Source of the DNA: Actinomycetota bacterium
Lineage (GTDB): Bacteria > Actinomycetota > Thermoleophilia > Solirubrobacterales > Solirubrobacteraceae
Assembly: GCA_005883415.1 (NCBI GenBank)
Contig: VAWT01000170.1
Coordinates: 1 to 45,516, forward strand
Reading direction: 5' to 3'
Length of the DNA stretch: 45,516 bases
Below the pieces are notes generated by a model that searched no databases, was not told the DNA's origin, and was given only the letters and a program-made list of their open reading frames with translations. Positions 9,141 through 18,635 of this stretch are shown here, in pieces. Both the position numbers and the translations under genes were made by a program. Position 1 is the first letter of the stretch, and each line of letters opens with the position of its first letter.

Positions 9141-9604
9141 TGGATGCGCGCCGTAGCCGCGTGATCAACGCTGCGCCTCAGGACATCTGGGCGGTGCTCG
9201 AAGACCCGCACCATTTCCCTCGCTGGTGGCCTGGCGTCGTCAGGGTGGAGGGAGTGAGCGATCATGGCTGGACCCACGTCCACACCACTAAGAAGGGCCG
9301 TGCCGTGCGGATCGACTACCGCTTGCTGGACTCCGAGCCGCCTGACGTCGCCGCGGGGACCGCAGGACGGCGATCGTGGGAGCAAGAAATCCCCGGAACG
9401 CCGTTCGAGCGCGTCCTGAACGAAGCGATAACCGAGGTCGTGCTCGAGCCCGCCGAGGACAACAGTCGGCCGGCGACCCTGGTCACGGTCGCAGAGCGCC
9501 AGAAGCTGCGGGGATACTCCAAGACCGGAGGATGGATGCTTCGCGGGGCGACGAAGAAGAGGCTCGACCAGGCCCTCGAAGGGCTGGCGCAAATCGTCGG
9601 CTAG
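9140..9604 (+). CDS. SRPBCC/START-family protein
   Basis: SRVINAAPQDIWAVLEDPHHFPRWWPG N-terminal signature. Confidence 0.8.
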   Translation: MDARRSRVINAAPQDIWAVLEDPHHFPRWWPGVVRVEGVSDHGWTHVHTTKKGRAVRIDYRLLDSEPPDVAAGTAGRRSWEQEIPGTPFERVLNEAITEVVLEPAEDNSRPATLVTVAERQKLRGYSKTGGWMLRGATKKRLDQALEGLAQIVG

Positions 9605-9637
9605 TCCACCGGGCTCGGCCCGTGGCGCCCGAGGCCC

Positions 9638-10744
9638 CTAAACGCCGGTCAGGTTGCCCTGGAGGATGATCTGGCCTGGCGCCTTGGGATTGGCGTTCGT
9701 CTCGATCGTGACCAGCAGCTGCTTGAAGCGCGCCGCGTTGGTCGGGAGCGGACCGGTGGTCTCGAGGCGCCCGTTCTTGCTTACGCCGGGATTGACGAAC
9801 CCCAGGCGCAGCGCATCGCGGGTGGAGTTGTACAGCCAGACGGCATAAGCGTTGTGCTTGGAGTTGGCGGGCAGACCCTGGCCGACGATCGCGATCGCCG
9901 TGTTGCTGCCCTGCCTCAATACCTCGGCGATTCCCGCCATCGTCTTGGTTCCGGAGGGGGAGAGGAGGTTGATCTGCGCCACCGGTGTCGCGGTCGTCGC
10001 GCCGGCCGCCGTGGTCGACGCGGCGGTGGTTGGCTTCGCCACGTTGCTCTTCTTGCTGCTCCCACCGGTGAGAACGAGCACGAGCACCACCGCGATCACC
10101 ACGGCCGCGCCGACTCCCAGCAGGACCGCGCCCCCGAGTCGCGAGACTCTGCGGGGCGCAGCGACCGTCGGCTCAGCTGCCGCCGGTCCCCTTACGCCTT
10201 TCGGCTCGGCTTGTTCGGCCTCGGAAGTAGGGGACGCCTCGGGGGCCTCCGGGCCGCCAACGGGCTCCGGTCCGCCCGCCGCGACCGGCTCTGGCTCGGC
10301 CGGCGAGGCCGCTTCCGCCTCGGCCGGCGCAATCCCCTCGGCCTCTGCCGGCGCGGACGGCTCGGCCTCTGCCGGCGCGGACGGCTGGGCATCTGCCGGC
10401 GCGGACGGAATCTCCGGCAGCGGCTCAGATGCCAGCGGCGCCAGCTCCGAGGCCACCACCCGCGCCCATGCTCGTTCGGTCGGCGAGGAGGACAGGTGCT
10501 CGCGGGTCTGCTCAGCGACTCCGGCGGGCAGTTGGCCCAGGAGGTAGTCGGTGATCAAGTGCCGCTGAAGATCCGGGACGCTGGTCTCGGGGCCCAGCGC
10601 ATCGAGAGCCGCCAGCGCACGGTCGCGGACGCCCGCGCGGTCGATCGAGAGCATCTTGCCGATCTCCTCGTACCCGCGCCCGCGGCCGAGCACCATCTGA
10701 AGCACCGCGCGCTGGTCGGCCGGAAGGGTCTCGAGGGAGGCCAT
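9638..10744 (-). CDS. Membrane protein with sigma-70 region-4-like N-terminus and anti-sigma (RskA-like) C-terminus
   Basis: LETLPADQRAVLQM...GYEEIGKMLSI; DYLLGQL...EHL; P/A/E-rich linker; one TM helix; YAVWL...LGFV...LLVTIE...P...IILQG. Confidence 0.6.
   Translation of the reverse strand: MASLETLPADQRAVLQMVLGRGRGYEEIGKMLSIDRAGVRDRALAALDALGPETSVPDLQRHLITDYLLGQLPAGVAEQTREHLSSSPTERAWARVVASELAPLASEPLPEIPSAPADAQPSAPAEAEPSAPAEAEGIAPAEAEAASPAEPEPVAAGGPEPVGGPEAPEASPTSEAEQAEPKGVRGPAAAEPTVAAPRRVSRLGGAVLLGVGAAVVIAVVLVLVLTGGSSKKSNVAKPTTAASTTAAGATTATPVAQINLLSPSGTKTMAGIAEVLRQGSNTAIAIVGQGLPANSKHNAYAVWLYNSTRDALRLGFVNPGVSKNGRLETTGPLPTNAARFKQLLVTIETNANPKAPGQIILQGNLTGV
10290..10408. repeat. Imperfect 24-bp coding tandem repeat (about 5 units, PSAPAEAE)
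   Basis: tctgccggcgcggacgg occurs three times at a 24-bp period, with degenerate neighbouring units. Confidence 0.8.
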
Positions 10745-10832
10745 GGCGAGCCGCATCGTAGAGAAGCGCTGACGGGAATGTGCCACCCCTGTGGGCCTTG
10801 CACCGCTCGGGCGGCGATATCGTCCCGCGCCG

Positions 10833-11264
10833 ATGCGAGTCGAGTTGCCCTACCGGGCCGAGCGCGGATTCGATGCGGTCTACGGCCTTGAAATCACGGC
10901 ATACAACGATGAGACCGTGACCGGCCAGGTGAGGGTCCGCGACGAGCTCAAGCAGCCCGCTGGGCTGGTCCACGGGGGAGTATTCGCCTCGATCGCCGAG
11001 AGCCTCGCTTCGTTAGGCACCGCCTTCAAGGTGATCCCGGAGGGCAACATCGCCGTGGGGCTGTCGAACCAGACCAGCTTCCTGCGCCCCATCACCGATG
11101 GGACGATCCACGCTGTGGCGACCGTGAAGCACAGAGGCCGCACCACCTGGGTATGGGAGGTCGAGATGACCGACGACGCCCAGCGAGTGTGCGTGCTCAC
11201 GCGTATGACGATCGCTGTGCGGGAAGCGCCGGGCGCTCCACCGAATGCGGGTAGGCCCGGCTAG
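10833..11264 (+). CDS. PaaI-family hotdog thioesterase
   Basis: QPAGLVHGGVFASIAES, SFLRP and HRGRTTWVW motifs. Confidence 0.9.
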   Translation: MRVELPYRAERGFDAVYGLEITAYNDETVTGQVRVRDELKQPAGLVHGGVFASIAESLASLGTAFKVIPEGNIAVGLSNQTSFLRPITDGTIHAVATVKHRGRTTWVWEVEMTDDAQRVCVLTRMTIAVREAPGAPPNAGRPG

Positions 11265-12997
11265 CCCCGGTATCGGTTCGTGATCGGCATCCGCCGGTCG
11301 CGCCCGAACGCCTTCGTGGTGATCTTGATCCCAGGCGGAGCTTGCCGGCGCTTGTACTCGGCCCGATCGACCATGGCGATCACCCGATCGACGTCGTCGG
11401 CATCGAACCCGCGCAGGATCAGCTGCTCCCGGCCCAGGTCGCCCGCGACGTAACCCTCGAGGATCGGGTCGAGCACCGGATAGGGAGGCAGCGAGTCCTC
11501 GTCGCGCTGGTCGGGGCGGAGCTCGGCGCTGGGAGCGCGATCGATGATCGTCTGGGGAATCGGACCCTCCCGGGGCGCGGCGAGCTCGTTGCGGTGCCGG
11601 GCGAGCTCGTACACCAGCGTCTTGGGGCAATCCTTGATGACCGCGAATCCTCCCGCCGTGTCGCCGTACAGGGTCGAGTATCCGACCGCCATCTCCGATT
11701 TGTTGCCGGTGGTCAGGACGAGCCAGTCGAACTTGTTGGACAGAGCCATCAGCAGGTTGCCACGGATCCGGGCCTGGATGTTCTCCTCCGTCAGGTCAGC
11801 GGGCCGCCCGTCGAACACCGCCCCGAGCACGTCGTCGTAGGCCTGCATCGCCTCCTCGATCGGCAGCTCGAGCGGCTCGACACCGAGGTTGGCGGCCAGC
11901 TGGCGGGCATCGCGCTGAGTGTCCTCCGCGGAGTACGGAGATGGCATCACGGCGATGGACACCATCTCCGGCCCGAGGGCGTCGGCCGCGATCGTCGCGA
12001 CCAGCGCCGAGTCGATACCACCTGAGACGCCGATGACGACGTGCTTGAAGCCGTTCTTGGACACGTAATCGCGCAGGCCGAGCACCAGCGCGGCATACAC
12101 CTCGGCGTGCCGGTCGAGCAACGGCGCGACCCGGCCTCCGGATGCATCGCCCGGGGGGGCGGCCGGCAGGTTTAGGCGAGCGAGCAGGGGCGCGTTGGGT
12201 TGCGAGCGGCGCAGCGCCGGGCGGTGACGGGGGTCGCGCAGCCGCGAGGCGCGCGATGCGTCCGGGTCGATTGTCGCCACCAAGAGCTCCTCTGAGAACT
12301 GCCCGCCACGGGCGATCACCTCGCCCTCGTGGTCGATTACCAGCGAGTGTCCGTCGAACACCAGCTCGTCCTGGCCGCCGACGAGACCGCAGAACGCCAC
12401 CACAGCCAGGTTGTCGCGGGCGCGCTGGGCAAGCATCTGCTCGCGCTCGAGCCCCTTGCCGGCGTGGTAGGGCGAAGCCGAGATGTTGACGAGCAGCGTC
12501 GCCCCGGCGAGCGCCTCCTCGGAGGCGGGTGGGCCCGGCTCCCAGATGTCCTCACAGACCGTCAACCCGACGACCAGATTTTCGTCGAGCTCGATCGTCG
12601 CGCCCCCGGAGCCGGATTGGAAATACCGCTCCTCGTCGAACACGCCGTAGTTGGGCAGGTAAACCTTGCGATAGATGGCCTTGACTTCTCCCTCTGCCAG
12701 GACCCCGCAGGCGTTGTAGACGTCCTCGGCGAGCTCCGGGAACCCGACCAGTGCGACGATCCCCTGCGTCTGGCCCGCGATCCGCTCGAGCGCGGCCCGC
12801 GCGTCGAGGAGGAAATGCTCCTTGAGCAACAGGTCCTCGGGGGGATAGCCCGTCACGGCCAACTCCGGAACGAGCACCAGCTGGGCGCCCTCCGAGCGCG
12901 CGGCGCCAAGTCCCTCGATGATCTTCTTCTCGTTGCCGGCGATGTCGCCGACAACGAGATCGAGCTGGCAGAGCGCGATTCGCAGTGGAGCGGCCAT
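11261..12997 (-). CDS. nadE: Glutamine-dependent NAD+ synthetase
   Basis: Nitrilase-like domain (PEL, YRK, CEDIW) plus SGGIDS, ENIQARIRG, TGNKSE, PSAEL and EYKRRQ. Confidence 0.96.
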   Translation of the reverse strand: MAAPLRIALCQLDLVVGDIAGNEKKIIEGLGAARSEGAQLVLVPELAVTGYPPEDLLLKEHFLLDARAALERIAGQTQGIVALVGFPELAEDVYNACGVLAEGEVKAIYRKVYLPNYGVFDEERYFQSGSGGATIELDENLVVGLTVCEDIWEPGPPASEEALAGATLLVNISASPYHAGKGLEREQMLAQRARDNLAVVAFCGLVGGQDELVFDGHSLVIDHEGEVIARGGQFSEELLVATIDPDASRASRLRDPRHRPALRRSQPNAPLLARLNLPAAPPGDASGGRVAPLLDRHAEVYAALVLGLRDYVSKNGFKHVVIGVSGGIDSALVATIAADALGPEMVSIAVMPSPYSAEDTQRDARQLAANLGVEPLELPIEEAMQAYDDVLGAVFDGRPADLTEENIQARIRGNLLMALSNKFDWLVLTTGNKSEMAVGYSTLYGDTAGGFAVIKDCPKTLVYELARHRNELAAPREGPIPQTIIDRAPSAELRPDQRDEDSLPPYPVLDPILEGYVAGDLGREQLILRGFDADDVDRVIAMVDRAEYKRRQAPPGIKITTKAFGRDRRMPITNRYRG

Positions 12998-13040
12998 AAC
13001 TCAATTATGGAAGCCGCGCACAGGGCGCCGCTGTCCTGGC

Positions 13041-13652
13041 TCAGCCCCCGGGCGCACCACGGCCGATCCAGTACCGGGCGAACACCTTCAGCATTGGATC
13101 AGCGGGCGACGTGGTGTGGATCATGTGCGCCCATGCGAGTCCTACCAGCCCGTTCGTCCCCGGGCGATGGGCGAAGATCAGCTGATCGCCGGTGGCCACC
13201 AGCGCCGGATTGAACGGCGGCGCCACCTGACGAGCCAGGGTCTGGAGCCCGGACGGCGGGGTCGGTGAGCCGTACATGATCACGACGTCCCCCAGCTCGA
13301 GCACCTCCAACAGCTGATCGTTGGTCAGCTCAGCTCCATTGGACGTGGGAATGTCGGGCATGTGGGCGCCGCTGGTTGGGGGGTGCGAGTTGTAGGGCGG
13401 ATGCGGCTGTCCCAGTTGCAGATGGGCGTGTCCCAGATCCCTGAACGCGATGCCCGGACCTGTGTCGGCGCCGGTGAACCCCGGCTGATCCTGGCCCGTG
13501 AAGAACCCGGATAGCAGCGCGATCGCCAGGAACGCCACTACCAGCGCGGCGATGCCAATAGCCGCCCCCTCCAGGATTCGCGGGAGACCGAGGCGGCGAC
13601 GACGGCCCGCAGCGAGCTCTACTTCACCGGGATCGCGGGTCGCGAGCCTCAC
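13041..13652 (-). CDS. DUF3105-like membrane-anchored protein
   Basis: N-terminal TM helix; GHAH...YNSHPPTSGAH; LELGDVVIMY; AW motif; GTGA overlap with the WS/DGAT stop. Confidence 0.7.
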   Translation of the reverse strand: MRLATRDPGEVELAAGRRRRLGLPRILEGAAIGIAALVVAFLAIALLSGFFTGQDQPGFTGADTGPGIAFRDLGHAHLQLGQPHPPYNSHPPTSGAHMPDIPTSNGAELTNDQLLEVLELGDVVIMYGSPTPPSGLQTLARQVAPPFNPALVATGDQLIFAHRPGTNGLVGLAWAHMIHTTSPADPMLKVFARYWIGRGAPGG

Positions 13653-15115
13653 TCCGCGGGCACGGCGCGTAGACGCGCGCCCCGGGCGCCTGTCCGCCGC
13701 CGCCGGCTGACGGGGCTCGGCGTCGACGGCCCGGCTGCGGCCGAGAGCTCGTCGATCGCGGCTCGCAGCTCTTCCGCGAGCACCTCGACGTCGGCCAGCG
13801 CGTCGTAATCCGCGTTGAGCCCGAAGTTCATCTGGCCGTCATAGCTCATGACCGCGATCCCCAGCGCCGTGTTCTCCGCCAGCGGAACCATGGGGAAGAT
13901 GCTCTCGAGCTCTCGCCCGAGCGCGTACAGTGGCATCTGGGGCCCCGGGACGTTCGTGACGACCAGGTTGAACAGCCGCTGGCGAGCCTGAAGCCGGGCG
14001 GCCTGGGCCATGATCGTCGGCGGCGCGAATCCGGAGAGCTCGGTCAGCACCTGAGCGCCGACGGCTTGGCCGGAGTCCTTGACGTCCTGCATCTCGCGGC
14101 GGATCTTGAGCAGCCGCTGAATGGGGTCCGTCATGCCCACCGGTAAGGGCGTCCACATCGCCGCGACGCGGTTTCCCAGCGCGCCCCGCTCCACGTCTGC
14201 GCGCACCGACACCGGGACCATCGCCTTCAGGACAACGTCGTCCGTGGGATGGCCGTGCAGGCGCATGTAGCGGCCGAGCGCCCCGGCTACAACCGCGAGC
14301 ACCACGTCGTTGACGGTCCCGCCGAGGGCGTTCTTGATCGCCTTGAACTCGTCAAGGTCGGCGCTGACCCAGGTAAAGCGTCGGTGCGGCCCGATCCGGA
14401 CGTTGAACGGGCTCGGGGGGGCGGCCGTCAAGCCTGCCCAGGCCATCGCTCCCAATCCGACCAGTGCCTGCCCAAAGCGCTCTGCCAGGTGACGGGGCCC
14501 GCGCAGCGCGGCCCGCGCCCCCCGGACAATTTCGCCAGGAACGGTGGCACGCTCGAGAACCGCTTCCGCCAGCAGCTGGGCGTCGGTTGGAAGCGGTCGG
14601 GGGATCCATTCGTGATCGGGCGGGGCTACTGGAGCCGGCTCCCGCGCCGTGTCGAACAGCACGGTCGCGATGTCCACTCCGGAGACGCCGTCGACGAGCG
14701 CGTGATGGGTCTTTGTGAGCAGAGCAAACCGTCCCTCGGCCAGGCCCTCCACCAGCCACAGCTCCCAGAGCGGCTTGGAGCGGTCGAGCGATTGCGAGAA
14801 CACGCGGCCGGCCAGCCGCTTGAGCTCCTCCTCGCCGCCTGGCTGCGGCAGCGCCGTGTGGCGGACGTGGAAGGCGGCGTTGAAGTGAGGGTCGTCGACC
14901 CACACCGGCCTTCCCTGGGACAGCGGCACGAGCGCCAGCCGCTGGCGGTAGCGGGGGATGAGATGGAGTCGCGAGACGATCTCCTCTAGCAGCTCCTCAT
15001 ACGGCGGCGGGGGCCCCTCGAAGATCGCGCAGGCCGCCACGTGCATGTGGGTGGCGTCGTGTTCGAGATGAAGGAAGGAGCTGTCGAGCCCGCTCAGCCG
15101 GTCCAAACTGGCCAT
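13649..15115 (-). CDS. Wax ester synthase/diacylglycerol acyltransferase
   Basis: LSGLDSSFL, PLWE, HHALVDG catalytic motif, TVNDV and VTNVPGP. Confidence 0.93.
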   Translation of the reverse strand: MASLDRLSGLDSSFLHLEHDATHMHVAACAIFEGPPPPYEELLEEIVSRLHLIPRYRQRLALVPLSQGRPVWVDDPHFNAAFHVRHTALPQPGGEEELKRLAGRVFSQSLDRSKPLWELWLVEGLAEGRFALLTKTHHALVDGVSGVDIATVLFDTAREPAPVAPPDHEWIPRPLPTDAQLLAEAVLERATVPGEIVRGARAALRGPRHLAERFGQALVGLGAMAWAGLTAAPPSPFNVRIGPHRRFTWVSADLDEFKAIKNALGGTVNDVVLAVVAGALGRYMRLHGHPTDDVVLKAMVPVSVRADVERGALGNRVAAMWTPLPVGMTDPIQRLLKIRREMQDVKDSGQAVGAQVLTELSGFAPPTIMAQAARLQARQRLFNLVVTNVPGPQMPLYALGRELESIFPMVPLAENTALGIAVMSYDGQMNFGLNADYDALADVEVLAEELRAAIDELSAAAGPSTPSPVSRRRRTGARGARLRAVPAE

Positions 15116-15197
15116 CGCGGGCATTGTTGCAGTCCAACGACTGTGATCGAGCGCACACTAATCCGCGTTTCCGGCTCTACTCTCTTCCGCTTCATTC

Positions 15198-15380
15198 GAC
15201 CTGCCGAGTCGTCCCCGCCCGGTGCGGGGCGAGCGGGGGACCCATTGCCGGTCTTCCAGTCCCTACCGGCCGGGGCGAATCGACTGCCCGGTGAACCGGC
15301 CGCAGTCGTAGCGGTCCAGCAAGGCGGCGTGGAGTTTCGCCGCTTGGGATCGCGAGCCCGTCAGCTAACCCCGTAGGCGC
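15198..15380 (+). ncRNA. c-di-AMP (ydaO/yuaA) riboswitch
   Basis: Conserved blocks in order: GCCGAGUC, GGGGGACCCA, GGGGCGAAUC, GAGCCCGUCAGCUAACCCCGUAGGC; lies upstream of a cell-wall enzyme gene. Confidence 0.9.
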
Positions 15381-15411
15381 CCGGTCGACGCAAACAGAGG
15401 AGGCCCTCAGG

Positions 15412-16389
15412 ATGAGGACCAAGCTCAACCTGCGCCCGGCGTATCTGGCGGGCGCATTGACAATCGCCATCCCAACCTCTGCGCTCGCGCTCACGCAGGG
15501 GCAGTCGCTGGCACAGAGCGCAGCCCAGCTCACCGTCTCGCCGCAGCGTGTTCGCTACGGAGACGAGGTGACGGTGAGCGGCACAACGTCGAGCACGGAA
15601 AGCGGCCAGCAACTGGTGCTCGCCTACCAGCAGCCCGGGACCCAGTGGCGGCCGCTCGCCTACACGAACGTGCAGGGCGACGGCAGCTTCCGGTTCGTCA
15701 CGCGGTTGTGGCGATCGGGCCAGCTGAACGTGCTGAGCGAGGGAGGATCGAGCACGGTCACGACGGTCGCGACAACGGGAGCCGTCCCGTCGACCGCCGC
15801 TAGCGGCGTCAACGGGACACCCCTCGCGGGAACGAGCCCGCAGTCCGTGGCGGTCGATGCCAAGCTGGTCGTTCCCAAGGCGCCGATCAGCGTGCTCAGC
15901 GGCCAGTCCGTGGATGTCCGCGGTCGCCTCGTGCCCGGCCTCGCCGGTCGGACCGTGCAGCTCGACGGCCGCACTGGCGGTAACTGGCGCAGGCTGGCCA
16001 CCGCCCGCACCACCGCGAGCGGACGGTTTGACCTCCGCTACGTCGCCGGTGCCCTCGGGGCGCAGCGGCTCCGCGTGCGGTTCATCGGCGACGGGACCAA
16101 TGGCCCGGCCCTGGCGCGCTCGGCGCCGCTCACGGTGTACCGCCCGAGCGGGGCGTCGTGGTACGACGACAGCGGTGGAACGGCCTGCGGCTTTCACGCC
16201 ACGATGGGCGTCGCGAACAGGACGCTGCCGTGCGGCACCCACGTGACGTTCGTCTATGGCGGTCACCAGGTGACCGCCGTGGTCGACGACCGCGGGCCGT
16301 TCGTCGACGGACGCGACTGGGACCTGAACCAGAACACGGCCGCCGCGCTTGGCTTCGGCGGCGTGGACACCGTCTGGTCCTCCATTTAG
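15412..16389 (+). CDS. Secreted RlpA-like (DPBB) lytic transglycosylase family protein
   Basis: Signal peptide; beta-rich N-terminal domains; C-terminal ASWY...TACG...ANRTLPCGT...DDRGPF...RDWDL. Confidence 0.88.
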   Translation: MRTKLNLRPAYLAGALTIAIPTSALALTQGQSLAQSAAQLTVSPQRVRYGDEVTVSGTTSSTESGQQLVLAYQQPGTQWRPLAYTNVQGDGSFRFVTRLWRSGQLNVLSEGGSSTVTTVATTGAVPSTAASGVNGTPLAGTSPQSVAVDAKLVVPKAPISVLSGQSVDVRGRLVPGLAGRTVQLDGRTGGNWRRLATARTTASGRFDLRYVAGALGAQRLRVRFIGDGTNGPALARSAPLTVYRPSGASWYDDSGGTACGFHATMGVANRTLPCGTHVTFVYGGHQVTAVVDDRGPFVDGRDWDLNQNTAAALGFGGVDTVWSSI

Positions 16390-16401
16390 TCGAGAGGGAA
16401 C

Positions 16402-16429
16402 AGGCCACCGGCCGTCTGGCCGGTGGCCT
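16402..16429 (+). terminator. GC-rich hairpin, putative terminator after the rlpA-like gene
   Basis: AGGCCACCGGCC-gtct-GGCCGGTGGCCT, perfect 12-bp stem; no U-tract. Confidence 0.5.
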
Positions 16430-16441
16430 ACCCTCGCGTCG

Positions 16442-17509
16442 ATGTCTGAGCGGTGCATCGCGCATCTGGACATGGACGCGTTCTACGTTTCGGTCGAGCT
16501 GCGACGGCGCCCTCAGCTGCGGGGGCTGCCCGTGATCGTGTCCGGCAGCGGCCCGCGGGCGGTGGTCACGACCGCCTCGTATGAGGCCCGGCGGTTCGGC
16601 GTCGGCTCCGCGATGCCCGCGGCGCGGGCACGCCGGCTGTGCCCGGACGGAGTGTTCATAGCGCCGGACTTCGCCTACTACCGCGAGGCCTCGGCCGAGG
16701 TGATGGCCGTTCTTCGGCGCCACGCGGAGGAAGTCGAGGTGGTGGGGCTCGACGAGGCCTACATCGACCTCAGCGGGATGCCGGCACCGCATGCTGCGAT
16801 CCGCCGCATGGTGGCCGAGATCGAGCACTCCACGGGTCTTAGCTGCTCGGTGGGGATCGGGCCGTCCAAGCTCGTGGCCAAAGTTGCCTCCGACGCCGAG
16901 AAGCCGAGAGGGTTCGTCGTGCTCTCGATGGAGCAGGCGCGCGTCCGCTTCGCCTCAGCTCCGCCGGGCATTGTTCCCGGCATTGGCCCCAAGACCGCCG
17001 ACCGGCTCCGTTCGCTCGGCATCGACACGCTGGCCAAGCTCGCGGCCGTGCCATCGTCTGAGCTCATGAAGAGATTCGGGCCGCGCTTCGGCGCCGAGCT
17101 GAAGCGTCGCGCTCATTTTGAGGACGGGAGCCCCGTCTCGGAGCAGCGCAAAGTCGTCTCGGAATCGCGCGAGACGACCTTCGACCAGGACATCGCAGAT
17201 ATGTGCGAGCTCGAGTCGCTGCTCGGGCGCCTGGTCGAGCGGCTCTGCTCGGCGCTCGTGGCCCAGGGGCGCAGCGGACGGACGGTGGGGATCAAGATCC
17301 GCCTCGATGACTTCTCGACCCACACGCGGGCGCGGACGCTGCCCGACCCGGTGAGCAGCGCCGACCGGGTTGGTCCGGTCGCGCTGGAGTTGTTTCGCCG
17401 CTTCGACCCGCCGCGCCCGGTTCGGCTGTTGGGTGTCCGTGTGGCAGGGCTCGAGCGTGTACGCGCCGGACGCGGCGAGCAGCTTACGCTGCGGGTCGAG
17501 CCCACCTGA
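16442..17509 (+). CDS. dinB: DNA polymerase IV
   Basis: HLDMDAFYVSVE, ASYEARRFGV, LDEAYID, KLVAKVASDAEKPRG and VRLLGV motifs. Confidence 0.95.
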   Translation: MSERCIAHLDMDAFYVSVELRRRPQLRGLPVIVSGSGPRAVVTTASYEARRFGVGSAMPAARARRLCPDGVFIAPDFAYYREASAEVMAVLRRHAEEVEVVGLDEAYIDLSGMPAPHAAIRRMVAEIEHSTGLSCSVGIGPSKLVAKVASDAEKPRGFVVLSMEQARVRFASAPPGIVPGIGPKTADRLRSLGIDTLAKLAAVPSSELMKRFGPRFGAELKRRAHFEDGSPVSEQRKVVSESRETTFDQDIADMCELESLLGRLVERLCSALVAQGRSGRTVGIKIRLDDFSTHTRARTLPDPVSSADRVGPVALELFRRFDPPRPVRLLGVRVAGLERVRAGRGEQLTLRVEPT

Positions 17510-17537
17510 TTCTGTTCCCGGACGGCCACCGCACCTC

Positions 17538-18635
17538 TTGATCCTGTTCCTTCACAGCCGCTATCGGACGACGGGGGGCGAGGAGAGGGCCGTTGAGGAC
17601 CTGGTGTGGCTAGTGCGCGAGCATCTGAGCGAGGACTCCGAGCTGCTCGGGCGTGACGCAGCCGTGATGGGGCGTGCGCAAGCGGCCGCCGGGCTACTCC
17701 GAGGTGGGCTTCGCCCCGACGACGTCTATCGGGCGGTACGTCGTACACGGGCCCGGGTGCTGCACGCCCACAATCTCAACCCGACGTTCGGCTGGCGCGC
17801 GCTGGCAGCCGCGCGCCGGGCGGGTGCCCGCGTCGTCCTGCACCTGCACCAATACCGCCTGGTGTGCGCGGTCGGCGTCGGTTTCACCCGCGGCGAGGAG
17901 TGCACGCGCTGTCACGGACGCAACACGCTGCCGGGCGTGATCCTCGCCTGCCGAGGCCCACGCATCGAATCCGCCGTGTATGGAGCGGGACTGGCGCTGT
18001 GGCAACGGCGGCTGGCGTCCCAGGCGGACGCGGTGATCGTCCCGAGCAGGTTCGCCGCGGAGCGCCTCGAATCGCTCGGTGCGCCGGTCAAAGGGCCGCA
18101 CGTGCTCGCGAACGTGGTCAGGGATTTTGCGCCGGAATCGACTGCCAACTCTGGGCGCTACGCGCTGCTGGCCACCCGTCTGGCGCCGGAGAAGGGGATC
18201 GAGGTGGCGATCGACGCCTGCCGGCTGGCCGACATGCCCCTGGTGATCGCCGGCGACGGTCCCGAGCGAGCGCGGCTTGACACCGGCGCCGGTGGCGTCA
18301 CCCTGGCGGGGCGGGCCGACGCCGATCAGCTGCGCAAGCTTCGGCGCGGCGCGGCCCTCGGTCTCGCCCCGTCGCGCTTTGCGGAGACATTCGGGCTAGC
18401 TGCGGCGGAGTCGATGGCCGCGGGCCTCCCGGTGGCGGCGTCGCGGATCGGGGCGCTACCGGAGGTCGTGCCCGGGGAGTGGCTGACGCCCCCCGGCGAC
18501 GCGCCGGCGCTGGCCGAGACGATCCGCCGGCTCAGAGGTGACGCCGGCGCCGGAGCGCTGGCGATCGACCGCGCCCGGGCAGTCGCCTCGCCGGAGGTCG
18601 TCGCCCCGGCGCTGGCGGCCATCTACGGGGGTTAG
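17538..18635 (+). CDS. GT4 glycosyltransferase with Cys-rich insert
   Basis: GGEE, HAHN, LHQYRLVC...CTRC, EKG and ETFGLAAAESMAAG motifs; TTG start inferred. Confidence 0.85.
   Translation: MILFLHSRYRTTGGEERAVEDLVWLVREHLSEDSELLGRDAAVMGRAQAAAGLLRGGLRPDDVYRAVRRTRARVLHAHNLNPTFGWRALAAARRAGARVVLHLHQYRLVCAVGVGFTRGEECTRCHGRNTLPGVILACRGPRIESAVYGAGLALWQRRLASQADAVIVPSRFAAERLESLGAPVKGPHVLANVVRDFAPESTANSGRYALLATRLAPEKGIEVAIDACRLADMPLVIAGDGPERARLDTGAGGVTLAGRADADQLRKLRRGAALGLAPSRFAETFGLAAAESMAAGLPVAASRIGALPEVVPGEWLTPPGDAPALAETIRRLRGDAGAGALAIDRARAVASPEVVAPALAAIYGG

Noticed and set aside
10290-10408. CRISPR-like repeat
   Set aside because: Head-to-tail coding repeat with no spacers and no cas genes.
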